Shown here: positions 63,201 to 64,000 of the stretch, one piece after another | Layout: each line of letters opens with the position of its first letter | Numbering within the stretch: position 1 is the stretch's first letter | From: Styela clava | Lineage: Eukaryota | Direction of reading: 5' to 3' | Length of the DNA stretch: 64,000 bases | Assembly: GCF_964204865.1 (NCBI RefSeq) | Contig: NC_135256.1 | Location: forward strand, 11,222,001 to 11,286,000 | The notes under the pieces: generated by a model | Database searches by the model: none | What the model was told of the DNA's origin: nothing | What the model saw: the letters and a program-made list of their open reading frames with translations, nothing else | Position numbers and translations under genes: made by a program

Positions 63201-64000
63201 AGGAATGTATTTCTGAAATTTCCCAGCTTTTATACATCTGTGGCTCCGTGCATGTAATAGAAACAAAGTAATCGTCAAGATTCTGTGATCCATCTTCCAT
63301 CCATTGTTTGTATTCTAGTGCGCCACAGTCACATACCCACGGATTATCTTGCAAGTTAATGGATTTGACCTCATTCGGATTTATGGACGAAAACCACTGT
63401 GAATCAGGTTGTGTCAAATTGTTGTTGGACAGATCAATAACTTCAAGATTCACCAGGTCTGCAAACGTCAGTGAACCTAAGTTTGTTATTTTCCCACCAG
63501 ATAGCTTCAGAGTTTCTAGCTTTGTTAAATTCTTAAATGCTATTTCGGACACTGTACTTAGACTTTGGGTATCACTCAGCTGAAGCTGTACAAGATTCTT
63601 CAGCTGTGAAAAATTTTCGCTAATTTGAATGATAGGATTCCGGTCCAAAACTAAATAACCGAGCTTTGAGTTGCTTTTGAGAGCTTCGATGGGAATGTTT
63701 TCAAAATTGCAGTCATTCATAATCAAGCCCATCAAATTACTCAAATGAGATATAAATGAATTTTCCGGAATTTGCGATACTGGCGTATGGGATAAATACA
63801 ATGTTTCCATATTAGGCAGAAACGGCTCGATATTGTCATTCCGAACTGGAATTTCAGAAAATAGGTTATCATTCAGGCTTAAAGTTTGAAGACTTTCTAG
63901 TTCCGCAAAGGAATTCACAGGGATATCTCTCAAAAGATTGTAGCCAAGATCCAAAGTAAGCAGTTTACTTTTATTGTAAGATTGAAACTCGTCAATCATA
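60240..64000 (-). CDS. Extracellular leucine-rich-repeat protein with at least two LRR modules and a probable GPI anchor (5' end outside the window)
   Basis: Exons >64000-63062, 62742-62541, 62115-61894, 61543-60885 and 60576-60240 join in frame at GT-AG sites. LxxLxLxxN repeats. LRRCT DNPWVCDC..C..C, LRRNT C...C......C..QNL..LP..IP, second LRRCT YDCSC..C..C, Ser/Thr stalk and hydrophobic C-terminus ALSFVMVSVLLSLYG*. Confidence 0.9.

Overview
AT-rich animal genomic DNA with GT-AG introns. It is most likely an ascidian (tunicate); this is an inference from chordate-type exon sizes in creatine kinase and CAPZA, compact housekeeping genes and abundant MITEs. Genes, left to right: (1) a minus-strand secreted protein with a signal peptide, long pro-region, two sushi/CCP modules and a probable hemopexin-like repeat (exons 26206-25303, 5734-5549, 648-518; it appears to continue past the left edge). 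Its consecutive introns carry the antisense genes EXOSC3 and an ABHD14A-like hydrolase. (2) A 6-exon cytosolic creatine kinase. (3) SKA1 and 9-exon CAPZA on the + strand. (4) GTF2H5 and FAM32A on the - strand. (5) The 3' part of a probably GPI-anchored, multi-module LRR protein. Non-coding DNA holds many non-autonomous elements: hAT deletion derivatives and MITEs, Tc1/mariner and Tc2/pogo-like MITEs, a 9-bp-TSD Mutator-like MITE, Helentron/DINE-like repeats and a tRNA-derived SINE family, with a multi-level nest at about 56-58 kb. I found no CRISPR array, rRNA or intact tRNA, and I cannot demonstrate a new biological system from sequence alone. The best leads are the CCP-CCP-hemopexin-like protein with a polybasic insert, the candidate EXOSC3-ABHD14 operon that would be transcribed antisense across a host-gene exon, the GPI-LRR protein, and a recurrent TACCGGTA palindrome that may be a transposon excision footprint. 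All gene models were spliced by hand and are not supported by transcript data.
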